From the NCBI GenBank assembly GCA_027074135.1, contig JALTDM010000260.1, forward strand, positions 1,413 through 48,410: a stretch of 46,998 nucleotides of DNA, in the 5' to 3' direction. The DNA is from Bacteroidales bacterium (GTDB lineage Bacteria; Bacteroidota; Bacteroidia; Bacteroidales; JALTDM01). Position 1 is the stretch's first letter. Every line of letters begins with the position of its first letter. Of this stretch, positions 29,334 through 38,954 are shown piece by piece. The position numbers were made by a program, and so were the translations under genes. The notes beneath the pieces were generated by a model, which had not been told where the DNA came from, searched no databases, and saw nothing but the letters and a program-made list of their open reading frames with translations.

Positions 29334-30596
29334 TTACGAACCGAAATCATCAAAGAAAATATTTTCTCTCGGTACGCCCAAACTATCAAGCATTTTTAGT
29401 ACTGATTGTGCCATAAGTGGCGGACCACACATGTAATATTCTATTTCTTCGGGTTCTTCGTGATTTTTCAGGTATTGTTCGTAAATTACTTGATGTATAA
29501 ATCCTGTAAGTCCTGTCCAATTATCTTCAGGTTTTGGTTCTGATAGTGCTATATAAAATTTAAAATTCGGAAATTCTTTTTCTATTTCACGGAAATGTTC
29601 TTCATAGAAAATTTCGCGTTTTGACCTTGCACCGTACCAAAAGGTTGTTTTTCGTTTTGTTTTGAGTGTGTGGAATTGGTGGAATATATGACTTCTCATA
29701 GGAGCCATACCTGCACCACCACCTATAAACATCATTTCCCTGTCGGTATCTTGAACTAAGAAATCTCCGTATGGACCTGATATTTTTACTTTGTCACCCG
29801 GTTTCCTGGAGAAAATGAATGAAGAACCAATGCCTGGAGGTACATTTTGCCAAGTGTTCTTTTTCCTATCCCATGGTGGAGTGGCTATTCTTACATTCAG
29901 CATGATAATATTTCCTTCTGCAGGATGATTTGCCATAGAGTATGCCCTCATTGTGGGAACAGAATTTTTGGCATGCAAACGCCACAAGTTGTATTTATCC
30001 CATTCGTCACGGTATTCTTCTTCCACATCAATATCTTTAGAAAAGTCAATTTCGTAAGGAGGTATGTCAATTTGAATGTATTGTCCTGACTGGAAGTTTA
30101 GATTTTCGCCTTCAGGCAATTTTACAACAAATTCTTTGATAAATGTAGCAACATTGTGGTTTGAAACCACTTCGCATTCCCACTTCTTGATACCGAATAC
30201 TTCTTCGGGAATTTGTATTTTAAGGTTTTGTTTAACTTTTACTTGGCAAGCAAGTCTCCAATGTTCTTTTACTTCTTTTCTTGTAAAAAAACCTGTTTCT
30301 GTAGGTAATATTTCTCCGCCACCATCGTGTACTTGTAAGCGGCACATTCCGCAGGTTCCTTGACCGCCGCAAGCAGACGGCATTAGAATACCTGCATTAT
30401 TCAGTGTAGCAAGCAATGAACTTCCTGCCGGTACTGTGAGTGTTTTTTTCCCATTGTTTATGTCAATTGTTACATCCCCGGATGGAACTAATTTTTCCTT
30501 TGCTTCTAAAATTACAAAAACAAGCAAGAGTATGATACTCAAAAAAATTCCTATTCCCAGTAAAATAATTGTTGTTGCAGAAACGCTTAAAATCAT
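29334..30596 (-). CDS. nqrF: Na+-translocating NADH:quinone oxidoreductase subunit F
   Basis: N-terminal TM, 2Fe-2S ferredoxin motif [13 protein letters not shown] motif RAYSMAN, NADH-binding GGGAGMAP. Confidence 0.96.
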   Translation of the reverse strand: MILSVSATTIILLGIGIFLSIILLLVFVILEAKEKLVPSGDVTIDINNGKKTLTVPAGSSLLATLNNAGILMPSACGGQGTCGMCRLQVHDGGGEILPTETGFFTRKEVKEHWRLACQVKVKQNLKIQIPEEVFGIKKWECEVVSNHNVATFIKEFVVKLPEGENLNFQSGQYIQIDIPPYEIDFSKDIDVEEEYRDEWDKYNLWRLHAKNSVPTMRAYSMANHPAEGNIIMLNVRIATPPWDRKKNTWQNVPPGIGSSFIFSRKPGDKVKISGPYGDFLVQDTDREMMFIGGGAGMAPMRSHIFHQFHTLKTKRKTTFWYGARSKREIFYEEHFREIEKEFPNFKFYIALSEPKPEDNWTGLTGFIHQVIYEQYLKNHEEPEEIEYYMCGPPLMAQSVLKMLDSLGVPRENIFFDDFGS

Positions 30597-30609
30597 AGTA
30601 AATGCTTTT

Positions 30610-31227
30610 TTACAATTTAATACCCATAAAACTCATAAATGCTATACCCATTAGTCCTGTTAAAATAAATGTTATACCTAATCCTCTCAAAGGTTTAGGA
30701 ACATTTGAATACCTTAATTTTTCACGTATTGCAGCTAATGCTACTATTGCCAAAAACCAACCTGTACCGGATCCTATGCCGAATGATGTGGCTTCCCATA
30801 CATTACTGAAATCTTTTTCTTGCATAAATAATGAACCTCCCAATATTGCACAATTTACCGCAATAAGAGGCAAGAAAATCCCTAATGAGGAGTATAAAGA
30901 TGGTGAATACCGTTCTACTATCATTTCAACAAGTTGAACGATAGAGGCAATAACTGCAATAAAAATTATGAAACTCAAAAAACTTAAATCAACATTGGCA
31001 AAAGAACTGCTAATCCAACTTAAAGCTCCCGGTTTGAGCAAATAGTTGTCTATCAGGTAATTTACAGGTACGGTAATTGTCATTACAAAAATTACGGCAA
31101 GCCCTAAGCCTACAGAAGTTTTTACATTTTTTGATACAGCTAAGTATGAGCACATGCCCAAAAAGTAGGCAAATACCATATTGTCTATAAAAATCGACTT
31201 GACGAATATGTTAAAAATATGTTCCAT
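30610..31227 (-). CDS. nqrE: NQR subunit E
   Basis: About 200 aa polytopic RnfA/NqrE-family protein in the nqr operon position. Confidence 0.93.
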   Translation of the reverse strand: MEHIFNIFVKSIFIDNMVFAYFLGMCSYLAVSKNVKTSVGLGLAVIFVMTITVPVNYLIDNYLLKPGALSWISSSFANVDLSFLSFIIFIAVIASIVQLVEMIVERYSPSLYSSLGIFLPLIAVNCAILGGSLFMQEKDFSNVWEATSFGIGSGTGWFLAIVALAAIREKLRYSNVPKPLRGLGITFILTGLMGIAFMSFMGIKL

Positions 31228-31233
31228 ATTTTA

Positions 31234-31884
31234 TTATTTTTCAATTAAATCTTTGTTTCTACTTCTATGTATCCATACTATAACTCCTAACGTAATAAGA
31301 GCCATAGGTGGCAAAATCATCATACCATTGTTTTCGTAACCTATGGAATAAAGTCCGAGTTTTTGCAAAACAGGGTATCCTAATACCGTTCCCGAGCCAA
31401 GTAACTCACGGAAGAATGATACTATCACAAGTATTAAACCGTACCCGGCAGCGTTACCTATGCCGTCCAGAAAACTTTTCCAAGGAGTATTACCGAGTGC
31501 AAATGCTTCAAGTCGTCCCATTATTATACAGTTGGTAATAATCAAGCCAACAAATACGGAAAGTTGCTTGCTTACATCATATGCGTATGCTTTAAGAATT
31601 TGATCAACAATAATTACCATAAACGAAATAACGGTAAGTTGTACGATTATCCTTATGCGTGTAGGAATTAATTTTCTTATGAGTGAAATTGTAACATTAG
31701 AAAATGCCAGAACAACCATAACACTAAGTGCCATAACTATGGCAGGTTTCATCTGAACAGTAACGGCGAGTGCCGAACATATCCCCAAAACCAAAACCGT
31801 AATAGGATTTTTCTTTCCTATCGGGTCGGTAATCAATTTGAGATTCTGCGGCGAAAATAAAGATTCTTTTTCTTGTCCTTTCAT
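31234..31884 (-). CDS. nqrD: NQR subunit D
   Basis: RnfE/NqrD-like membrane protein (LGICSALAVT). Operon position. Confidence 0.93.
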   Translation of the reverse strand: MKGQEKESLFSPQNLKLITDPIGKKNPITVLVLGICSALAVTVQMKPAIVMALSVMVVLAFSNVTISLIRKLIPTRIRIIVQLTVISFMVIIVDQILKAYAYDVSKQLSVFVGLIITNCIIMGRLEAFALGNTPWKSFLDGIGNAAGYGLILVIVSFFRELLGSGTVLGYPVLQKLGLYSIGYENNGMMILPPMALITLGVIVWIHRSRNKDLIEK

Positions 31885-32585
31885 GCCAAGTCGTTTTTAT
31901 GTTGTTTGAAAAAATTTATGTAATGTGATAAAACTTTATTTAACATATTTTGAACACCTTTACTGGTCATCGTCGCACCTGATATAGCATCTACTTGATG
32001 TTCATTGAGTTGTTTCTGGTTTTTTACAACTAAAATTGATGTAAAGTTTCCGTTTTTATCAAAAATCTTTTTGCCTTTAAATTGATTTCTAAATTCTTCA
32101 GTTACAATTTTTGCTCCTAAGCCCGGTGTTTCTGTTTTGTGTCCGAAACTTACACCGTAAACTGTGTTCATATCTTCTTTTAATGAAACAAAGCCCCATA
32201 TAGGTCCCCATAATCCTTTACCATAAAGAGGAATTATATAATATTTGTGACCATCTACTTGTGCTATAAACAATGGTAAAACTCTTTCGTTTTCCGGTTT
32301 ATTTAGTTCTTCTTTCAAATTTATATCCAGTCCGTTACCTTCCGTAAATGAACCGTCACTTTTTACAAGCAATGTTTTTACAATGTATTTATTAAATTCT
32401 TTATCAGCTTCTTCAAAAGTTGGATTTAAATTGATTGATTGCAAGATGTTTACTTTTTTTTCAAGTTCTTTGTTATGCTCTTGTACCGGTTTAAGAGTGA
32501 TAGCCGTTACCGATAATCCGAATGCAACTATAACTATCATTACTACCGTAAAGAAAAATGTATATGAATTACTTTCCTTATTCAT
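31881..32585 (-). CDS. nqrC: NQR subunit C (FMN-binding)
   Basis: Single TM and the flavinylation motif DAISGATMTS. Confidence 0.93.
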   Translation of the reverse strand: MNKESNSYTFFFTVVMIVIVAFGLSVTAITLKPVQEHNKELEKKVNILQSINLNPTFEEADKEFNKYIVKTLLVKSDGSFTEGNGLDINLKEELNKPENERVLPLFIAQVDGHKYYIIPLYGKGLWGPIWGFVSLKEDMNTVYGVSFGHKTETPGLGAKIVTEEFRNQFKGKKIFDKNGNFTSILVVKNQKQLNEHQVDAISGATMTSKGVQNMLNKVLSHYINFFKQHKNDLA

Positions 32586-32589
32586 GACA

Positions 32590-33786
32590 CTAATTATTTT
32601 GATTGTTTAAATTCCACCTTTTAACTCTTTTCTTTATATGATTTTGCACTATTGTATAATCTATAAGTGGTGCAAACATATTCATTAACAATATAGAAAG
32701 CATCATACCTTCAGGGTAAGCGGGATTCAATACGCGAATCATAATTGCAAACATTCCGATAAGAAGTCCGTATATTATTTTGCCTTTGTTTGTCTGAGCC
32801 ATAGTTACAGGGTCGGTTGCCATAAATACGGCACCAAAAGCAAACCCGCCAACCAGCAAATGTTGCCATGCCGGGAATTCCATTAGCGGGTTACCGCCAA
32901 TCAAATTAAATAAAAGTGCCGTCAGGTAACCTCCCACAAATACACTTAACATTACCCTCCAACTACCAACGCCGGTTAAGAGTAAAATTGCTGCTCCAAT
33001 AAGTATTGCTAGTGTGGAAGTTTCTCCTATACTCCCTGGTATAAGTCCCAGAAACATATCCATAGCTGAAATGGGATGCCCGATACCGTTAACTAGTGAT
33101 GCATGATGAACTCCTCCTTCAGCGAGTTGTCCCAAAATAGTGGCACCGCTAAAGCCGTCAACAACACCTTTCCCGTCAGTTAATCCGGATATCCAAACCT
33201 TGCTGCCACTCATCCAAGTAGGATATGCAAAAAACAAAAATGCCCGTGCAACAAGTGCCGGATTAAATACATTCATTCCTGTTCCGCCGAAAACTTCTTT
33301 GGCAAAAATTACTGCAAATGCCACACCTACACCAAGTATCCACAAAGGCACATCTACAGGCATAATCATCGGGATTAGCAAGCCTGTTACCAAATATCCT
33401 TCATTTACTTCTTCGTTGCGTATTTGTGCAAAAATAACTTCTATAATACCGCCAATACCATAAGATACAATAAGTAATGGAAGAAATTTAATAAACCCAT
33501 ACCACAAAGCTTGTCCTGTCGTAAAGTTTTCTCCTGTTGCCAAAAAATGTTGGTAGCCTGTGTTGTACCAACCGAAAATCATTGCGGGAATAAGTGCTAT
33601 AACAACTATTGTCATTGTTCTTTTCAGGTCAACATAATCTCTTATGTGTGCTCCTTTGGAAGTTACTTTGTCCGGCACAAAAAGGAATGTATCTAATGCT
33701 TCAACTGAAGATCTGAGAAAATATAACGGTTTACCTTTTTCCGTTTTTTTGTATAAATTATCTATCCATTTTTTTAATGAATTCAT
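32590..33786 (-). CDS. nqrB: NQR subunit B
   Basis: RnfD/NqrB-like polytopic protein with the FMN attachment motif GFSGATILG. Confidence 0.95.
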   Translation of the reverse strand: MNSLKKWIDNLYKKTEKGKPLYFLRSSVEALDTFLFVPDKVTSKGAHIRDYVDLKRTMTIVVIALIPAMIFGWYNTGYQHFLATGENFTTGQALWYGFIKFLPLLIVSYGIGGIIEVIFAQIRNEEVNEGYLVTGLLIPMIMPVDVPLWILGVGVAFAVIFAKEVFGGTGMNVFNPALVARAFLFFAYPTWMSGSKVWISGLTDGKGVVDGFSGATILGQLAEGGVHHASLVNGIGHPISAMDMFLGLIPGSIGETSTLAILIGAAILLLTGVGSWRVMLSVFVGGYLTALLFNLIGGNPLMEFPAWQHLLVGGFAFGAVFMATDPVTMAQTNKGKIIYGLLIGMFAIMIRVLNPAYPEGMMLSILLMNMFAPLIDYTIVQNHIKKRVKRWNLNNQNN

Positions 33787-33800
33787 ATAGCAAAAATGTT

Positions 33801-35141
33801 TTAACTTTCTTTAATCATTATTTCTATTCCGCGATTAACAACATCTTGTATGTTTATTTTTGAAATACAAGCATATTCCATCAAAGCAAAATCTTCAGGC
33901 ATGACTTCATAAATACCGAGTTTTTCCATAAGGTCTATATCGTTAATCATAATTGCTTTAATAAGATTTGTCGGGTAAATATCCAGATTTATATACCTCT
34001 CGCTCAAATGTGGTATTACAAATGGTCTTGTGCCACCATGTAAGTTTGTGTCAAAATCAAACTTTTTCTTTTTGGAAAAAAGCAGTTTGCTGAAAAACAT
34101 TCCCGATGGGCTGTATTTTTTTAGTCCGGGAAGTGCCCAACCCATAAATTCAAAATACCTTCCTTCTTTTATTATTGTTACTTGATCGTGATAAAAACCT
34201 ATAAAACCGTCGGCACCTACATTTAGTCCGGTTAACACATCTCCTGATATATATCTTAATGAGCCGTCCTTTACTGTAGGTTCAATTTTATCAATGGCTG
34301 CACCTGAAATGATTTTGTAATAACCGAGATTTTGTGCTGCCGGTCCTGTTAATGCAACAGTTTTGGTAAAATCAATTTTCCCCGTGAGTGCCATTCTGCC
34401 AATAAAAATTACATGCCATGGCATAATGTACCAAACTACATTTGTTTTGTTTATCAGGTTTGTTTTTTGTAAGATGAAAGATAAATTTCCTGCAGGGTGA
34501 GGACCTTTTACCGAAATAATATTTGCATCAAAATTTTTGAAAAACTCTTTATTTTCGTGTTTCGTTGTTATGAAAATTTTAGGAGAAAGTACTTTTAGAA
34601 TTTTAATTCCTTCTGCAAATGCTTCTTTTTCGTTTTCAAGCATATAAGCGTAATCTGGAGCAAGAGGAGCTGTGTCTGAAGCAGTTATATATATGGCATC
34701 AGGAGTTTTGTCGGGTTGTGCTACTATGCCAAAAGGTCTTTGTCTTATAGCCGTCCATAAACCCGATTCCAATAATATTGAAATGATTTTGCTTCTGTCT
34801 TGTGTGACAGAAAGTTTAAATTCGTTGTGGTTATAGCTACCGTCTTTTTCAATTACATAAGCAATAATTCGCCTTTTTTCGCCTCTTCTAATTTCTTTTA
34901 CCACGCCACTAACGGGTGAGGTAAATTTTACTTGTTCATTTTTTTTGTCGTAGAGAACGATTTGTCCTGCTTTAACCTTTTCACCTTCTTTTGCAACAGG
35001 TTTCAATAAAGAATTTGGAAAACTGTCGGGCACAATTGCAACTTGTGTGATTGACTCAACAATATCAAGGGTGGTTTTTGGTGCGTCACCCTTTATTGGG
35101 ATATCCAAGCCTTTTTTGCTTTTGAGTTCTATCAGATTCAT
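33801..35141 (-). CDS. nqrA: NQR subunit A
   Basis: The N-terminus MNLIELKSKKGLDIPIKG is typical of NqrA. The ATG at 35141 is preferred over the track start at 35165. Confidence 0.93.
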   Translation of the reverse strand: MNLIELKSKKGLDIPIKGDAPKTTLDIVESITQVAIVPDSFPNSLLKPVAKEGEKVKAGQIVLYDKKNEQVKFTSPVSGVVKEIRRGEKRRIIAYVIEKDGSYNHNEFKLSVTQDRSKIISILLESGLWTAIRQRPFGIVAQPDKTPDAIYITASDTAPLAPDYAYMLENEKEAFAEGIKILKVLSPKIFITTKHENKEFFKNFDANIISVKGPHPAGNLSFILQKTNLINKTNVVWYIMPWHVIFIGRMALTGKIDFTKTVALTGPAAQNLGYYKIISGAAIDKIEPTVKDGSLRYISGDVLTGLNVGADGFIGFYHDQVTIIKEGRYFEFMGWALPGLKKYSPSGMFFSKLLFSKKKKFDFDTNLHGGTRPFVIPHLSERYINLDIYPTNLIKAIMINDIDLMEKLGIYEVMPEDFALMEYACISKINIQDVVNRGIEIMIKES

Positions 35142-35219
35142 TTTAGTAATTATGTTTGCGTACAAAAAAAATATTTTTTGCTTGTCAGTTTTTTGACCAA
35201 AGTCATTTTTTAAAAAAAA

Positions 35220-35235
35220 TACCTACTTGTAGGTA
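35220..35235. promoter_or_regulatory. Perfect 7-bp inverted repeat TACCTAC-TT-GTAGGTA in the nqrA / flavoprotein divergent intergenic region
   Basis: Seen directly. A third half-site, TAGGTA, lies at 35244-35249. Candidate dimeric transcription-factor operator. Confidence 0.25.
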
Positions 35236-35318
35236 GTATATTTTAGGTATTTTAATGTTAAAAGTGTTCAATTGAAAATTTTACTTTACTTTTATTGCAA
35301 AAATGTAATATAGTTGGC

Positions 35319-36815
35319 ATGGAAAAATACGATTTGGTTATTATTGGAAGCGGACCTGCAGGATTTGCAGCAGCAATGCGGGCAATTGATATGAAAAAGC
35401 ATGTTTGTCTTATTGAAAAAGGTGCTTTGGGAGGTGCTGGTGTGTTTCATGGTGCACTTACTTCCAAAACCCTGTGGCAATTGTCTCAGGATTATGCAAT
35501 AGCAGCAAGTACAGATAGAGGTTTCAGGGCTTCCGGTCTAAATGTTGATTTTGAGAAAGTATTGAAATCTGCAAAAACAGTTGCAAAGACCAAAGTAACC
35601 CAAATAAAATCTCAAATAGAAACATTAAAGCCGGGGCGTTATCATGACAAGAGTATGACACTAAAGCAGGGACATGCACGATTTCTGGATAACCATACCG
35701 TAGAAATAGAAACCAACGACGGCAAATTTGAAAAAGTTCAAGCGGATAATTTTATTATAGCTACGGGCTCCCGCCCCAGACCTTATCCGGGCATTGAAAT
35801 TGACCACCATCAAATAATAGATTCAAACGATATTTTAAGGTTAAAAAAATTTCCCGAAAAGTTTGTTATAGTTGGTTCAGGTATTATTGGAACGGAATAT
35901 GCCACAATTTTCTCTAATTTTAAACAGACGGAAGTTCATTTGTTGGACAGGCAGCACAGGGTTATTCCTTTTGAAGATGATGATGTAAGTGATTTTGTTT
36001 CTAAAAACTTGGAAAATAATGGAGTTATAATTCATCATACAGCTAATTTGAGAACGATAAGAAAAAATGAAGATGAGCTTGAAGTGGTTTTGGATTATGA
36101 AGACGGACACAGTGAAGTAATGGAAGTTGATCTGGCTTTGATTTCTATAGGTAGAGTGCCTAATACAGATGATTTAGGTTTGGAAAATGTTGGAATTAAG
36201 CCCGATAACAGAGGATATCTTAAAGTAGATGAACTCTTGAGGGTGCATTCTGACAAAGGCTATCAAAATATATATGCCGCAGGAGACATTACCGGACAAA
36301 CACAGCTTTACAGTGTTGCCGAAATGCAAGGGCGTTTTGCAATTCGTGCTATTTATAATAATGTGTCTTACCCGTTGAGTTATTACAATATGCCCACACT
36401 TATGTTTTTTAAACCTGAAGTGGCTGCAGTTGGGCTAAATGAAAAAAGCTTGAGGGAATTGGGTATACCTTACAAAATGGTTTTTTATTCCAATAAGTTG
36501 ATTAATAGGGCATTGGCAATGCGTGATACCAACGGATTCATAAAAATAATGGCTAGTGACGATGGAGAAGAAAGAATACTTGGTATGAGAGCAGCCGGTC
36601 CTCAGGCATCTGCTTTTATTGTATCTATAGCCCACATGATGAATCAAAAAAACAGCTTGGACCAAATATTAAGAACAATACATCCGCATCCAAGCATAAC
36701 CGAGGGGATTCAAGATTGCTTGAGGGTGCTGAAAGATAAATCAATTTATAAACCTTATGCTTTTCCTGATTTGATTAGAACAAGACGGTGGAGACCTGAC
36801 AATAAAATTTTTTAA
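35319..36815 (+). CDS. Class I pyridine nucleotide-disulfide oxidoreductase-fold flavoprotein (Lpd/SthA-like) lacking the redox-active Cys pair
   Basis: DLVIIGSGPAG FAD motif, second Rossmann VIVGSGIIGTEYA, AAGDITG, C-terminal HPHPSITE dimerisation/active-site motif. The canonical GGTCxxxGCxPSK reads GGAGVFHGALTSK here. The ATG at 35319 is preferred over the TTG at 35295. Confidence 0.8.
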   Translation: MEKYDLVIIGSGPAGFAAAMRAIDMKKHVCLIEKGALGGAGVFHGALTSKTLWQLSQDYAIAASTDRGFRASGLNVDFEKVLKSAKTVAKTKVTQIKSQIETLKPGRYHDKSMTLKQGHARFLDNHTVEIETNDGKFEKVQADNFIIATGSRPRPYPGIEIDHHQIIDSNDILRLKKFPEKFVIVGSGIIGTEYATIFSNFKQTEVHLLDRQHRVIPFEDDDVSDFVSKNLENNGVIIHHTANLRTIRKNEDELEVVLDYEDGHSEVMEVDLALISIGRVPNTDDLGLENVGIKPDNRGYLKVDELLRVHSDKGYQNIYAAGDITGQTQLYSVAEMQGRFAIRAIYNNVSYPLSYYNMPTLMFFKPEVAAVGLNEKSLRELGIPYKMVFYSNKLINRALAMRDTNGFIKIMASDDGEERILGMRAAGPQASAFIVSIAHMMNQKNSLDQILRTIHPHPSITEGIQDCLRVLKDKSIYKPYAFPDLIRTRRWRPDNKIF

Positions 36816-36863
36816 ACTTTGATTTATTTTTGCTGTCAAAAGTAAAAATAACCTGTAGCATTA

Positions 36864-37421
36864 TTGAAAATTACCGACAAACGCATATTGGAATTACTTT
36901 CTGACCCCGCTCGCAAAGAGTGGGGTTTTGAACTTCTTGTGAAAAAATATACTGAACGTGTTTACAATGTAGTGCGTAAAATGGTTATTATCCACGAAGA
37001 TACTGAAGATTTGGTGCAGGAAATCTTTTTAAAAATTTGGCAGAACACAAGTAAATTCCGAGGTGATTCTGAACTTTTTACATGGATTTACAGAATTGCG
37101 GTAAATGAAACAATAAACTTTCTCAATAAAAAGAACAAAAGATTTTTTATTCCTGTGGAAGATTACATGCATAAGCAGTTGGAGATAGTTGATAATGAAG
37201 CGTTTTTTGATTCAGGAAGTATAGAAAAAAGACTTCACAAGGCAATTATAAGCTTGCCGCCAAAGCAAAAAGCTATTTTTGAACTAAGGTACTTTGAAAA
37301 CCTTAAACATGAGGAAATTGCTGAAATTCTAGGTATAAGTCTCGGAAATGTGAAGTCTCAATATCACAATGCAGTAGAGAAGATAAAAAAACTTGTGAGT
37401 GTTGAGATTGCGGATGAATAG
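36864..37421 (+). CDS. ECF (group 4) sigma-70 family RNA polymerase sigma factor
   Basis: Region 2 (DLVQEIFLKIW, WIYRIAVNE) and region 4 HTH (EEIAEILGISLGNVKSQYHNA). TTG start in the track. Confidence 0.85.
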   Translation: MKITDKRILELLSDPARKEWGFELLVKKYTERVYNVVRKMVIIHEDTEDLVQEIFLKIWQNTSKFRGDSELFTWIYRIAVNETINFLNKKNKRFFIPVEDYMHKQLEIVDNEAFFDSGSIEKRLHKAIISLPPKQKAIFELRYFENLKHEEIAEILGISLGNVKSQYHNAVEKIKKLVSVEIADE

Positions 37422-37446
37422 ATAATGTTTACTTTTTTTGTGAAAA

Positions 37447-37478
37447 TAAAAAAAGCGGGAATAACCCGCTTTGATTTT
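37447..37478. terminator. Bidirectional intrinsic terminator between the sigma factor (+) and the porin (-)
   Basis: AAAAAAA-AGCGGG-AATAA-CCCGCT-TTGATTTT. Confidence 0.7.
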
Positions 37479-37512
37479 AATTGTTAATTGTCAAATTAAC
37501 AACTAATAATTG

Positions 37513-38691
37513 TTAAAAGTCTATTTGAGTACGCATTTCAAATATGTTTGCATTACCTATTCCTATACGTTGAGAATGAACATAATTGATCATAAGTTTG
37601 CAAGACGGATTCATATACCAATTTAAACCTACTGTAATATCATTCATTTGCCCGCCGTTTGCGTCTTTATCATTGAAATTTACAGAGGAATACCTTGCAA
37701 TTAGTTCAAATGCTCCAAGACCGCCTTTACCGAGATTTTTTTTAGGGTGTATTCTGTTGAACCCGGATGCAGTGTTTTTATATGACCTGTGTTCGCCTGT
37801 GATAAACCAACCAAAATAAACTGTATATGCTCCAAAATTATAATCATTTGTTACACCGTTTACGACTTGATTTATATATTCTGCCCAAAAAGTAAAAGGT
37901 TTCCAAGTTGTAGCAAATTCGCCGCCATAAACATTCATATTTTCGGCATTCATGCTATAATTGATGTAGTACAGCCCCATGTGTGCATCAGGTTTTAGTT
38001 CCCAAGAAAATTTTTTGTTCTTATTGGTCCTGTAACTGTAATAAGTTCCGAGGTGAATTGTTGAAGTTTCATTATTAACCGGCAAAAAAACAACACGTCC
38101 GTCAATGTTCATAAATTCATTATTGTTTTTGTCATTTCCCCATTTGTCGGCATTAAACATTGTTGCAAATTGAATACCGAGTTTTTTGTTCATAAACTCA
38201 TTGAAAATCATTGCTCCGGTATTCCTTTCACCTAGTACTCCCGAAACAAATGATCTTTCCATTGCCAAACCGTATTTACTGCTACTAAGGGCTTCCAGCC
38301 TCATCGGTTCTTTGAAGTGACCTAATCTAAGATTACCCAGTATAGGTATCTTGGTTAATTCAATCCACACATCTTTGAATGCTATTTTACCCCCACCGAA
38401 ATCAAGTTGGGTTTTGTATTTAATGTTACCGTAAAGTTTGCCGCCAAAGTAAAGTTGTACCTTCCGGAATTCAGTTCCAAATGTTTTTGAGCCCAAACTG
38501 TCCTCAATTGCCTTGTCTTGATTGAAATAAGCTATGTCGTAATAGATTCTTCCTCCCGAACTTATTTTAAAATTACCGTCATCTGATTTAATAGTGGTGC
38601 CGGTGTGCCATTGGGTTTCATATTTTTCTTGCGAAAATCCGTTTAATGAAATTAAAAACACAATAATCGACGTTGCTATAAATTTTTTCAT
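37513..38691 (-). CDS. Phosphate-selective porin O/P (OprO/OprP) family outer-membrane porin
   Basis: Signal peptide MKKFIATSIIVFLISLNGFSQ. Alternating beta-strand pattern, VGLNWYMNPSCKLMINYVH motif, C-terminal aromatic residue (F). Confidence 0.8.
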   Translation of the reverse strand: MKKFIATSIIVFLISLNGFSQEKYETQWHTGTTIKSDDGNFKISSGGRIYYDIAYFNQDKAIEDSLGSKTFGTEFRKVQLYFGGKLYGNIKYKTQLDFGGGKIAFKDVWIELTKIPILGNLRLGHFKEPMRLEALSSSKYGLAMERSFVSGVLGERNTGAMIFNEFMNKKLGIQFATMFNADKWGNDKNNNEFMNIDGRVVFLPVNNETSTIHLGTYYSYRTNKNKKFSWELKPDAHMGLYYINYSMNAENMNVYGGEFATTWKPFTFWAEYINQVVNGVTNDYNFGAYTVYFGWFITGEHRSYKNTASGFNRIHPKKNLGKGGLGAFELIARYSSVNFNDKDANGGQMNDITVGLNWYMNPSCKLMINYVHSQRIGIGNANIFEMRTQIDF

Positions 38692-38919
38692 TGTTAATAA
38701 TTTTGCTTTCCGGGTGACAAAAGTATTTTAATATTTTTCACTTCATTTACGGATAATATAAATTTAACAATTATTTAACATTTGTGCAATGCATACTTTT
38801 CATGATTCAATCGCAAATTTTTCTAAATATACTCTACAACCATGAGATAACGGCGAAAAAAATATTAATTTAGTTTCGTTTTTGTTTACAAGTTTTAATT
38901 GAAACAGATAATTTTAACT

Positions 38920-38927
38920 TATCTTTG
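38920..38927 (+). promoter_or_regulatory. TAnnTTTG -7 promoter element upstream of dnaX
   Basis: TATCTTTG lies 28 nt upstream of the dnaX ATG. A purine-rich AAAAAAGGAGTGAG sequence sits before the start. Confidence 0.4.
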
Positions 38928-38954
38928 TAATATCGGTTAGAAAAAAGGAGTGAG

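Noticed and set aside
38692-38954. Possible SRP (4.5S/ffs) RNA or another ncRNA upstream of dnaX, as in some Firmicutes
   Set aside because: The 263-nt region is AT-rich, with only a short GATAA/TTATC inverted repeat. There is no conserved SRP domain IV-like helix or other GC-rich structure, so it reads as a divergent promoter region.
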